Made by a program: the position numbers and the translations under genes. Below, piece after piece: positions 11,871-23,146 of a DNA stretch of 64,000 nt (its first letter is position 1; the number at the start of each line of letters is the position of its first letter). Source of the DNA: Lama glama. Its lineage: Eukaryota. The stretch lies in NCBI GenBank assembly GCA_028534125.1, contig CM052816.1:78184001-78248000 (forward strand). Reading direction: 5' to 3'. Below the pieces are notes generated by a model. That model saw only the letters and a program-made list of their open reading frames with translations, searched no databases and was not told where the DNA came from.

Positions 11871-12753
11871 GTTATTCTTCCAAAGACCAAAAACATTTCA
11901 CATCAAGCTCACTTTCTAAATATGATATTACTGCTACACAGTTTCTATCATTTTAAAACCAACAATGACAAGTACTGAAACAACATTCACTTGAGTTTCC
12001 CCAGGAGTCCTGTCTCTCCTAGGTTTCCAGCTCCTTTTACTCTATCAGGTTACATCTATCCCTTCTCCAGTGTAAGAATGATCTGAATCAGATCCAAAGA
12101 AAGCAGTAAAGGAGTCAGTCTCCTTTGAAGACCCTGAGGTGGTACCTAGAATTGTCGACCACCAGATATCAAACCAGACAGTCTGGAAGTTAAGGCCTTC
12201 ATTAAATGTCTGAAACAACTCATTACTGCAGGGATTCAACAACAGCAGCCACATTCACTGTATGTCTCAATTTTCTATACTATCTGGGTCAACAGTCAGT
12301 GGTGTACACAGCTCTGAGAGCCACCTCTCGCCCAGCCTTCCAAATAGTGGTTCCACTGTAAGCAGGAAAGGAAAAATGAAATGAGAATCAGAAAGAGGGG
12401 GGAGAAGAGGTAATAAAGAAACTGCTATTCTGATTCTTATAATTTAGGATCCTTGTTTGTTCACAGCTCACACTTTTAAAAGATATTAGCACTCAGACCT
12501 TCTTATCCTGTTTATCATCACGTTTTAAAAAAGAAAAAAAAAAAACTCTTTGCTTCCAAAGGAACCAGCACATGTGGTCTTTCAACAATTCAAAATTTTT
12601 TTTCAGTCTTATAATTACTGGTAACACACTTGCGTAAGCTGGATACAGTAAAACAACTGAACTTCTTACCCAGTGTTTTCCGACTTCTTTCCACCGCTGT
12701 TCTTCGAGTTTGTTCAAACATTGCTTCCAAATCAAACGTGCGAGCTTTTTTTC
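6299..12753 (-). CDS. WDR70: WDR70 (WD repeat domain 70), partial: join of two N-terminal coding exons, complement(12670-12753, 6299-6419); upstream exons in the gap, downstream exons beyond position 1
   Basis: Spliced peptide GKKARTFDLEAMFEQTRRTAVERSRKTLEAREKEEEMNREKELRRQSEDIEPTSSGSNVARDCSKSSSR matches the recalled mammalian WDR70 N-terminus. AG/GT boundaries are canonical and phases are consistent. Head-to-head position with NUP155 is the known mammalian arrangement. Confidence 0.95.
6618..6760 (+). mobile_element. tRNA-Ala-derived camelid SINE
   Basis: gtacagctccgtgatagagcacatgtttagcatgtacgatgtcctgggttcaatccccag, A-rich tail, TSD tgatggaa. Confidence 0.88.
7618..7644 (+). repeat. (TTGGGG)n microsatellite / G-quadruplex motif
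   Basis: GGG T GGGG TT GGGG TT GGGG TT GGGGG. Confidence 0.85.
7720..8275 (+). mobile_element. Old MaLR/ERVL-type LTR remnant
   Basis: cagccatttctcccttttttccttgcta...gagaaaggttttcttactcc...aggtttcctatg...caaaagcatcttaata resembles MLT1-class LTRs; highly diverged. Confidence 0.5.
8300..8740 (-). mobile_element. MIR interrupted by an L1MA-type 3' end (about 8415-8630)
   Basis: MIR core tttaatcttcagaacaatcctgag...gaggtaggtactattactatcctcactttacagttgagaaatctaagg, split by cagctttattaaggtataattgaca...cttagcaaatttcaa. Confidence 0.7.
9547..9672 (+). mobile_element. tRNA-Ala-derived camelid SINE
   Basis: gtggtacagcgcatgcttagcatgcaccaggtcctgggttcaatccccagtacctcc; TSD gtaaagga. Confidence 0.9.
11831..11866 (+). 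repeat. (CA)18 microsatellite
   Basis: Perfect CA run. Confidence 0.98.
12670..12753 (-). CDS. WDR70: WDR70 coding exon (exon 3 equivalent), 84 nt
   Basis: Minus strand ttttag|GAAAAAAAGCTCGC...ACACTGG|gtaaga; encodes (G)KKARTFDLEAMFEQTRRTAVERSRKTL. Confidence 0.95.
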
Positions 12754-13017
12754 CTAAAACAGGAATAAGTAGCAGACTGTAATCTTCTTAAACTAAGTTG
12801 GCCAAACTTCAGGTATTCAATAAACACTTACTGATTGATCAATAACTATGTAGTCTATCTAACTTATAGCATGGCTACAAAACAACCATAAAATAGCAAT
12901 GAAGAGTTTACTTCTCAAGGAATTGTTAATGATAATCTTACCACTAAATAACATTAACCAGCCAACTTTCCCATCCTCCTGTTCATCTAAACCCTACTCC
13001 TTGAAACTACAAAACTA

Positions 13018-13392
13018 GTGTGCTAGGCAGAACAGAATATTCATACACTAACCCATGAAATCTGTGAATATATTACATTATGTAGCAAAAGGGACTTTGC
13101 AGATCTAATTGAGGTTATGGACTTTTAAATTGGGAGATTATCCTGGTCAGCCCAATCTAATCATAGGAGTCCTTACAAGCAAAGATGAAGAATAGATATG
13201 GCAGAAGTCAGAGATCTGAAGCTTGAGAAGGACTGGAGTTCATCTGAAGATGAAGGGAGCAAGAGGACAAGTAACACAGGTATCTAAAAGAGCTAAGAAA
13301 TTCTCATCTGACAGCCAGTAAGGAAACAGGGGCCTCAGTCCTAAAACCACAAGGAAATGACATTCTGACAACCTGAATGTGCTTAGAAGCAA
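13018..13392 (+). mobile_element. MaLR LTR (MLT1D/E-like), 3'-truncated
   Basis: gcaaaagggactttgcagatctaattgaggttatggac...gggagattatcctgg...gacagccagtaaggaaacaggggcctcagtcct. Confidence 0.75.
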
Positions 13393-14079
13393 TGCTGTAT
13401 TTGCTTTTACTACCATTTTTTAAAACAATACCAATTTTGTATTGGCAAGAATATGGTAAAAATGGCTTTCTTACACAGTTGACTTTGGTATAAATTGAAA
13501 TCACCTTTTTGAATGGCATTAAGACAATATGTATCAAGAGGTTTTAAAAGATATATACCCAATTTTTGCTACTTTTTAATATTTATGTTTTTTATCAAAG
13601 TAGTCCCTCCTTTAGAAACATACCCTATGGAAATTGTATAAAGCTCCTCCTACAAAAGGAGATAAAAGGGTTATTTATAAAAATGTTCATTTTAGTATTA
13701 TTGACAAAAATTAGAGACTATGTGTGAGAAGTTTGAAATATTACAAATTATGACACTTCTGTTCACTATTCAGCCTTCAAAATCATGTTTTGGAAGAGTG
13801 TTTTATAATATGGGAAGAGCCTCAAGATATTAAGAATTAAACAAATTCTGTATAATTAAGAATAATATAAAATTGTGCATACATACGACCTTAATTTTCT
13901 TAGTAAATACACAAAAGGAAAAACTGAAAAACAAACTAACTTTTAATTCTTGATTTCTAGATCATGAGACAATGAATGATTTTAGTTTCTTCCTTCTCAT
14001 TTATTGTGTTCTTTAGACTTTCCTGCTGTTAATAATGTGTTACTTTTGAAATTAGGGAGAAAGCTATTTAAAAGAACTG

Positions 14080-14572
14080 AAACAGGACCTAATTAAACTT
14101 ACAAGCTTCTGCACAGCAAAGGAAACCATAAGCAAAACAAAAAGACAACCTACGGAATGGGAGAAAATTTTTGCAAATGAAATTGACAAAGGCTTGATCT
14201 CCAGAATATATAAGCAGCCCATACGACTTTATAAGGAAAAAAACAAACAACCCAATCCAAAAGTGGCCAGAAAACCTAAACAAACAATTCTCCAAGGAAG
14301 AAATACAAATGATCAATAGGTGCATGAAAAAATGCTCAATATCACTACTTATCAGAGAAATGCACATCAAAACTACAATGAGGTATCACCTCACACCAGT
14401 TAGAATGGCCATCATTCAAAAATCCACAAATGACAAATGCTGGAGAGGCTGTGGAGAAAAGGGAACCCTCCTACAATGCTGGTGGGAATGCAGTTTGGTG
14501 CAGCCACTTGGAAAATAGTATGGAGATTCCTCAAAAGACTAGGAACAGACTTACCATATGACCCAGGAATCC
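14080..14572 (+). mobile_element. Relatively young 5'-truncated LINE-1 (ORF2 C-terminal region) running into the gap
   Basis: [14 protein letters not shown]...[49 protein letters not shown]...LPYDPGI; few disruptions. Confidence 0.95.
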
Positions 14573-15072
14573 NNNNNNNNNNNNNNNNNNNNNNNNNNNN
14601 NNNNNNNNNNNNNNNNNNNNNNNNNNNNNNNNNNNNNNNNNNNNNNNNNNNNNNNNNNNNNNNNNNNNNNNNNNNNNNNNNNNNNNNNNNNNNNNNNNNN
14701 NNNNNNNNNNNNNNNNNNNNNNNNNNNNNNNNNNNNNNNNNNNNNNNNNNNNNNNNNNNNNNNNNNNNNNNNNNNNNNNNNNNNNNNNNNNNNNNNNNNN
14801 NNNNNNNNNNNNNNNNNNNNNNNNNNNNNNNNNNNNNNNNNNNNNNNNNNNNNNNNNNNNNNNNNNNNNNNNNNNNNNNNNNNNNNNNNNNNNNNNNNNN
14901 NNNNNNNNNNNNNNNNNNNNNNNNNNNNNNNNNNNNNNNNNNNNNNNNNNNNNNNNNNNNNNNNNNNNNNNNNNNNNNNNNNNNNNNNNNNNNNNNNNNN
15001 NNNNNNNNNNNNNNNNNNNNNNNNNNNNNNNNNNNNNNNNNNNNNNNNNNNNNNNNNNNNNNNNNNNNNNNN
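14573..15072. other. Assembly gap (exactly 500 N)
   Basis: Run of 500 n; the round number suggests a placeholder size. Confidence 0.99.
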
Positions 15073-15848
15073 TAATCTGAGACTTTTAAAAGTATGTTAA
15101 TCTATTTAGGGTGAAGGGCTTTCCTATTTCAATACAGTATGATTTAGAAAAAGAAGAGAAATGGAAAACTAAAGAAAATGCTTATAAAATAAATAGTAAA
15201 ACTAGTAAAATCTAATAGATATATTCCCTAAAATGTTCATTCTTTCTCTGAGACTTTGTGAAATAGTGTTATTAAATGTATAATGCACCTTATACTCCAC
15301 CCTTGGCTAGTTTCTTGTTCTTTAATCTTACGGTACTCTACAAGAGACATTTCCTTTAATTAGGAAATTATTTTGTTTTCACAATTGTTTCATTGTCTTT
15401 TAGTTACATAAATAATTGTCTGTTTTTCAGTTTATATGAGGCTTGTAGACTGTCATCTAGCTATGACTTTAGTATGCCAAGTGCTTTTTTTTTTTAATCA
15501 CTCTTGCTCTTACACAGTTGGGAAACTGGTCTAGTAAAATACTTTTTTAATGTCAAATTTCAATGGTATTATTTAGAGTCAATTTTTTTAAAGTTAATGA
15601 TGGTAAGAAACATGACGTTTTTTATTCGCAGACATTTTAAATGGTTAGATAGCATTATTTAGAAATTATAAATGTTTCTGTCATATACTGTGTCTTTCAT
15701 TAAACTCATTGCAAATAAAGATATTTCATTGCTCTATTGAAGAGTGGACAGGTCATGATTTTTTAATCATATGTTTTAAATCAAAATCTTTTGAAACAAG
15801 TTTAAGAAAGATGAGATTGAAACCTTTCTACCTTACATCCACACTCAG

Positions 15849-15945
15849 ATATGCAGTGTAACTGCATGATGGGCGTGTTCCCTCCTATCAATAGAGCTTG
15901 GCTCACAATTGACAGTGACATATTCATGTGGAACTACGAAGATGG
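15849..15945 (+). CDS. NUP155: NUP155 exon 3 (97 nt)
   Basis: ctcag|AT ATG CAG...GAT GG|gtatgt; [31 protein letters not shown]. Confidence 0.95.
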
Positions 15946-18900
15946 GTATGTATTTATGGCTGGTTTGTTTTAGCATGATTAGAATTTAGATTATCTTTAT
16001 TCCAAGTAGTATTCCACTCATTAGAAGCTGCTTGGTTTATCTTTCATTCCTTTAACACCTGGGTCAGTGCTTCTCTGTATACATACCAATCTGGGAATGG
16101 GGTTAAAGTGTGGATTCTGTTATAGTCATTTTGAGTAAGGCTCAAGAGTCTGCATTTGCAAGAAGCTCCCAGGTGATGCTGGGGATCTGGGTACCACTCT
16201 GAGTAGCATGAGTCTTATTTTCCAAGCTTTTATCCTGAAGTAAAGATAGGCTATCAGTGGTTCTTGGAGAGATGGTTTGTTTTTGAAGACCTGTTTTTCT
16301 TGCATTTCTACAGAGTGAGAGGCTATTAATTTATTGAAATGACTTAATGGTTTTGTTGTTATTCTGTCGGTTTGATCTTGTGTAAATTAATTGTATATGA
16401 TAGAATCTGAGTGAAGGCCCAAGGCACTCTTTCTTAAATAAAGTTTATTGATCTGATAATCTTGCTCTTGATTTTTTGGAGAAAAATTTTGTCTTCTAGT
16501 TCTCCATCATGTTATCTTTAGGTAATTGTGAGATGACCAGAGGAAGGTCCATATGTATAGTAAGGTGTTACTCTTGCCCCTGAGGAATTAATACACTTGT
16601 TAGGAACACACGCACAAGAGTCATTGAATCAAAATGGACAATAAATGAGAACTTGTAGCCTAAATGAAACCAATTTTGTTTGATTTTTTTTTTTTAGTTA
16701 GAATTTTTCACAGCTATTTTTATTGTTGAAATGGTATATAGTCATAATAGCAGTGGTACATGGTTTGATTGTTTTTCATGTACCAGGAATGTTGCCCCAG
16801 TTTGTTCAATTACATATAACATTTCCTTTCTTATACTAAAGAATAAAACCTCTTCATTTAGGCACTTATCTCTTCAAGAAAATCTAATGCAAAAAAATTA
16901 CAAAATAGATAAATGTGAGAATAATTTCCTTAAAAAGGGTTTTCACTTTAATGAAAATGTTTATATTTCCATTAACATCTAACATTCATTTAACAAACAT
17001 ATTGGAGGGGGAGGATATAACTCAAGTGGTAGAGCACATGCTTAGCATGCATGAGGTCCTGGGTTCTATCCCTAGTACCTCCTCCAAGAATAAAGAAATA
17101 AATAAACCTAGGTATCTCCCCCTAAAAACAACGAACGAACCAAAAAGAAGAAATATATTGGGCTTATATATCAAATACTGTTGTGCTTGAATAGTATCGA
17201 ATGAGGTAAGTGTAGTCCCTGCCCACATGGGAAGTATTGTTCAACCTTATGTGTTCATATTTATTTAAAGAAAAATTATTTGAACATTGTATTAATTGAA
17301 AAAATGAAGGCACTAGTTACTCTATGTAAATCTAGTTCCCAAATTCAATTCCACAAAAACTTTAGACTTAGTTTCAATTATTCCAGTAGCTTTCTATTAT
17401 AAATCTTAATTCCATCTGGATGGTAGAAACATAATCTTGTTCAGTTCACTGCTCTAATTCTCAGCTTTCCCAGTATTGATCTTAGTTTCCAGGGTTGTGT
17501 CTGTCATCGAAGGAGTCTTAATTCCACAGGGTGGGAAAATGGGGAAACTTGGCCTGACTTGCAGCGTGGTGGGGAGATACTTGTAATGGGGACTAATGGT
17601 CTCCCTTTTCTTGGTTTATACTTAGCCTTAAGCAGGCTTGTGTGCCTGTGTCTTGGAACTGAAAGTTTTATTTGCTGGTTCATGATATTCTGTAGTCCTA
17701 AGTATTATAAGATAAAACTTTCTCTTTATGTGTATAACATGTTTCTCAACTATTAACAGAGGAGACCTTGCCTATTTTGATGGACTTAGTGAGACTATCC
17801 TTGCTGTGGGGCTTGTGAAACCAAAAGCTGGTAAGAAATAAAACTACTAAGATTGTTAACGTTTGTATATACATTGACTTCAAATGTTTTAGGGCTGAAT
17901 GATAACATTCTAAGTAATTAAATTTCCTATTGAAGTTTTGGTCTGAATTACTTCTAATTATAAATGTAAAAAGTGATCAGAAATATTTAACAGTTTCTCA
18001 CTTTATGATATAAGTGAGTCTGCTTTAAAATTGTTAAACTGTAATTCTTATGTTATCTGTTTTTTGTTAGTCTTTCTTGATTTACCTGAAGTTTTTCGCA
18101 TTATATGTTTTTCATTAATTACTGAATTTAATATGAAAACCATTTTTCTCTCTGCATTTTTGTAGTCTTGATAGCCCAAGGGTGTGAGAACAGAGTTCAG
18201 AATAAATCCTGAGAGAAGTCACAAGCATTGTTTACCTTAAAATTTCAACTTCATTACACTAGATCTTTTATCAGAGCTACTGATATGCAGAATTGATTGA
18301 TTTAAATTTAATATACATCCCTTGAATGCAGCTTCCTACAGGAGCAAATAATAAATGAAATCTACTTGTTTACAAGGCCTAAGTAGGAATTTGTAAGGTT
18401 ATACCCATTTTGAAATGATACTAATTCACATAAATATAAAGATGCAGTTTTATACACTGTGTGATTATATTGGAATGTATTTCCTTTACATAGAAATTTA
18501 AAGCAGTCTTTACCCTGATGTGTTTCTGTTTTATTTCTTAGTTTAAAAGTTTATTCATATAAAAGTCAACAGCTGTTCATGCCCTCTATTATAATAAATA
18601 TAAATTGTCTAAAACAAATAGTAAAATATAGTTCTACTCTAATGTAAATTTCAGTGCAAAATTGAAATTATGGCGTAATTCATGTCTTTGACTTGGCAGC
18701 AGAGATGTTGTCTTTGATAATCAAGCAGTTCTGACTTTGCTGTCAGCAAGTACTGATAATTCTGACTCAAAAATATTTTAAAGTTACAAAGTCTTTATCC
18801 TACTTTTTGTCTTTTATGACAGACATTTTCCAGTTAAAGTCATCTTTTTAAGTCAGTTGCTTTTTGGTAAGAGTCTGCTTTATTGAAGCTTTTCTATGTA

Positions 18901-21900
18901 AGCAAGAAGATTATGACTCCAGCTTTCAATTTTGTCACTGCTTGAGTAAAACAAAGGAATTCCTTAGTGTTTTCCAGCATTTGCACATTTTTGCCCACCG
19001 AGAAATTAATCACAAGGCTTAATTACATTCCTCAAGTTCAAAGAAGCATTTCTCATGTATTGAAAGATTAGATTTACATAGTTGTCCAGCCTTTATCTCC
19101 AAGGAGATAGCTTGGCTAAAAGAGCTTGTCGCTTTTGGGAGACTGCTCATTATAGAGATTATATGATTCTTAAACAATTTACTTGATTTATGTGACCCAA
19201 TAGAGATGCCACCTAAGTTAAATCATGTATAAACTCCTTCCTGCAAGTTATTTTTAGATTGATCTTTCCTTGTCTCTCCAAAAAGTGTACCTCCTGCCTT
19301 AAGTTTAGTCATCCACTTCTGGAGGAGAAGAACTTTATATTTTCCTATTTCTGGACAAAGTCTTTTGAAAGGGCACCAGTTCATACTGTCATTGAAGTTA
19401 TTTTTGAGCTTGAATGTGTCACTGACCTCAGTTTTTGACGCCAAAGCATACCTTTATAAAATGCAATAAGTTAGGACTCTGTTGAGTTTCTTCATCAAAG
19501 CAGCAAAAACAGGTGTTGCAAAGGATCATAAGTGCTCGTATTTGTCCACAGTTATTAAACTTTTTCTTTCAAAATTTTATTGAGCTGTGAAACTTTTCAC
19601 CATTCCAAAGACCTAAGTAACTATGGCAGTTTCTAAAAGATAATTATATTCACTTTATAGTTAAGTGAGAGTTGAATAAGGTGAGAAATGTCAGTCATTT
19701 GACCCTGTTGCATCCTGAAGGGAAGTGACTTTCAATTCTACCATCTCCTGTTTCAAAATAGTTGAATAAATTAGGAGAAGTTAGAGAAGATGGCATCATT
19801 TGACAAGGCACTGCTTTACTTACCTATTTTTTTTAAACTCCAAGCCATAAACCAACTCCATTACCTATAGAATTCCAACTTCACTAAGGTTTCTGTAATC
19901 AAAGATGACTTCTTGGCATAGCATTGTGACTGAATACTTTGAGATATGGCTTTTATTAAGGAAAATCTAAGTTTTCATAAATGTCAAGCTTTTAAAATCA
20001 GCTTCTGAAATATCAGGTATATTTTGAGGTCATTAAGTAGAAGGTCTGTGCCTTCAGCTTTATTGACTTGAACCTTGAAACACAAAATTGTGGTCTTTGT
20101 GCCCCTCAGTGTTCATCAGTGAAAGTGAAACCAAATGATAATAGGAGCTTTGTTGTATTTAGTGACATTTAACACCCAAATGTATGCATATAAAGAAATG
20201 TCTAGTATCATAATATAAGATATATTTCCTTCTATTTCCATCAGTGACACACTATTTTTGGATATCGTAACATGACAGTGAAATTATACATTACATCTCA
20301 TGCCACTCCATGCTCTTTAAAGTTAAACGATAACCTTAGCATGAGTTAACATTAAAAAAATTTATGCTTGGTTTAATGCCCCTTCTGAAACTATAAATTA
20401 TGTGGCTTTTTTATAAACTCATTTGACATATAAACTCATTTCTATGTCTATGATTTTGACTGTTCCAGGAACTTCATGCAAGTGGAATTATATAGACTAT
20501 CTTCGTGTGACTGGCTTGTCTTGCTTAGAATCATGTCTTCACGTTTCATCCCTATCGTAGCATATGTCAGAATTTCCCTTTTTTTAAAAGGCCTTATAAT
20601 ATTCCACTGTGTGTACATACCACATTTTGTTTATCTATTCATCTATTGGACACTTGGATTGCTTCTACCTTTTGGGTATTGTGGATAATGCTATAACATG
20701 AATATACAAATAGAAATTTTTATATTTTAATAAACCTAAACTATTTTGTAGTGTAACACTGACTATAAATGTTATTAAATGCAGAAGTGTTTGTTTCTAC
20801 GTTGGGTTTTTTCCCCTACTATTTACTTATTTAAATGATTATAGGTAGTAATAGTTTAACATCAAAATTAGCTAAATTAGTTTCCGACTTTTCATATGCT
20901 ATTTAATCCATAGTTCATTTTAATGGTAACCATTTCTGTTAATGCTTAAATTCTGATGTTTTCCAGAAAATAATCCCTAACTTATGTTTACTTTATCTTA
21001 GGCATCTTTCAACCTCATGTACGACACCTTCTGGTTTTGGCAACCCCTGTAGATATAGTGATTCTTGGACTCAGCTATACTAATTTGCAAACAGGTAAAG
21101 CAACCCACATATTGTATTTTTTTTTAAAATGCTGTGTTGCTCAATTTAATGTTATAATTAAAAACTAATCTTTTTCACTAACTTTCTGGGCTATTTGCTC
21201 ATAGGAAAATAATGCTTCCCTATAGATTTGGTATCTTTAACGTTAGTAACGCCACCAAAATTTATTTTGGATATATTTATCATATTAGTGTATAGTTCTT
21301 AAATGTCTAATATAAAGAAAGGGTAGTGGGAGAGAAATAGTTGCCACTAGTAATTTTTCAATAGTACCTTCAATTTCTTTGTTTTTAATTTTTTAATGGT
21401 CATTTTAACATATGGAACACTGAAATACATGTTATTCTTTCCCCTAAAATAAGAAGCACTCAGTTAACTTATTATAAGCACATTCAGTGGTTTCTTTTGC
21501 ATTCTAGCAATGTTTTGGATAAAATAATGAATTTCAGGGATTCAAATTAATGGTTACTGTTACCACATCCTTAGGCTTTTTTCCAGAATTTAATACTTTG
21601 GGTTTTTTGTTTGATGTTTTACTATATTATATATAGATTATGGAACATACATAATTACATGTGTTATATATTTTGTGTGTGTTATATATATACATACTGT
21701 GGATTCTACTTAACATGAATTATCAAATTGTTCATATCAGACTATAATAATTTAAAAATATGTGTTGTACGTACATTTTTTAAAATTTCTGGCATATTGC
21801 AAATTCAATAAGAGTATCAATTCTGAAAATAATATAATGATTGTTTTAAAATTTTAAAAAGCTCATACAATGATTTCCTGTATTCTTTTTTAAAAAATTA

Positions 21901-23091
21901 GGTTCTGGAGTTCTCAATGACAGTATGTGTGGTGGAATGCAGTTGCTTCCAGATCCCCTATATTCTCTTCCTACTGATAATACTTACCTTTTAACAATAA
22001 CTTCCACCGATAATGGCAGAATTTTCTTGGCTGGAAAGGATGGCTGTTTATATGAAGTAGCATACCAAGTAAGTCTGACATGTGTCAGCACCTTTTTTCC
22101 TCCCTCTTGACAGAGTAGGGATAGATAAAGTTTCATCTTTATTTTCTAATTGTATAAGCACATTAATATATTCTTATGGGAAGTAGTAAGACATGCAGTT
22201 AAAGTTGTAGTCATTCATGACTATACCATACCTATGAATCCAATTCTCTTCTCAGCCATTATCCGTTATGTCCTTGTAGAATATGATACATGCATTGATA
22301 AATACCTATAAATACGTCTCTAGCTAAATATACATGTGTATTTATGTGTACATATACATGTGTACAAGTACATAGTGTACTTCTGCGTATGTATGTTTTT
22401 ATGTGTGTTATTGCTTATGTTTTGTTTCATAATTGGTTTGTTGCATTTAACTATATCATTATAAGTCTTTCCTTCTCAGTATCTGGTAGATAGATACATG
22501 TTATGTTTTATGATTGCTGCACAGTTGTCCATAAAGTGAATGTACATGATTTGTTTAACAGTTCCTTTCTTGATGGACTTCTAGGTTTCTAGATTTTTCC
22601 TTTCACAATAAGAGTATAAATAAGTATACTTTTGCAGGCCTCCTTATGCATATGTGTAGATATTTTCTAGTGTAAAGACTTAAATTTCTAATGGTTGAGT
22701 TACAGTATACTTGTATTTTAAATTATATCTTATATTTTCATTTTGCCTTCTTTAGAGTTTTAGCCTCTTAGCAGGCATCTATGGTTGTATCTTTTCCTCT
22801 TCCCTCCTCATTCTAACACTGGTATTTTCAAACTTATTTTGACCAGTCAGATAGAGGAAAATTGCTTTTTTTATTGCTAGTTGCATAGTCACACAGCTAA
22901 TTAGTGGCAGAGATAGGATTAGAACTGAGGTTAGCTTTTTTATGTTACATTGTGTTTCTTCTTTGCCCAATTTCTCTTGGTTTTGTTCGCTGCAGAAGTT
23001 TTGTGACAGATTTAAGTATGCCAAAACTCAAACACTGAGGAGTGGACTTTAGATTATGATGGTGATGGCCAGTATTTTTTTAAATTTCCTT

Positions 23092-23146
<55 letters not shown>

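Noticed and set aside
12045..12254. 69-aa minus-strand ORF MWLLLLNPCSNELFQ... as a small secreted protein
   Set aside because: Starts at GTG, has no recognisable homology, and lies downstream of the stop in the candidate cassette exon.
14437..15100. Longest ORFs in the track (212 and 180 aa)
   Set aside because: Artefacts of translating through the N gap.
20412..20441. 13-nt direct repeat tataaactcattt; similar short duplications near 24330-24362 and 63460-63505
   Set aside because: Simple local tandem duplications with two copies only; no array or spacer structure.
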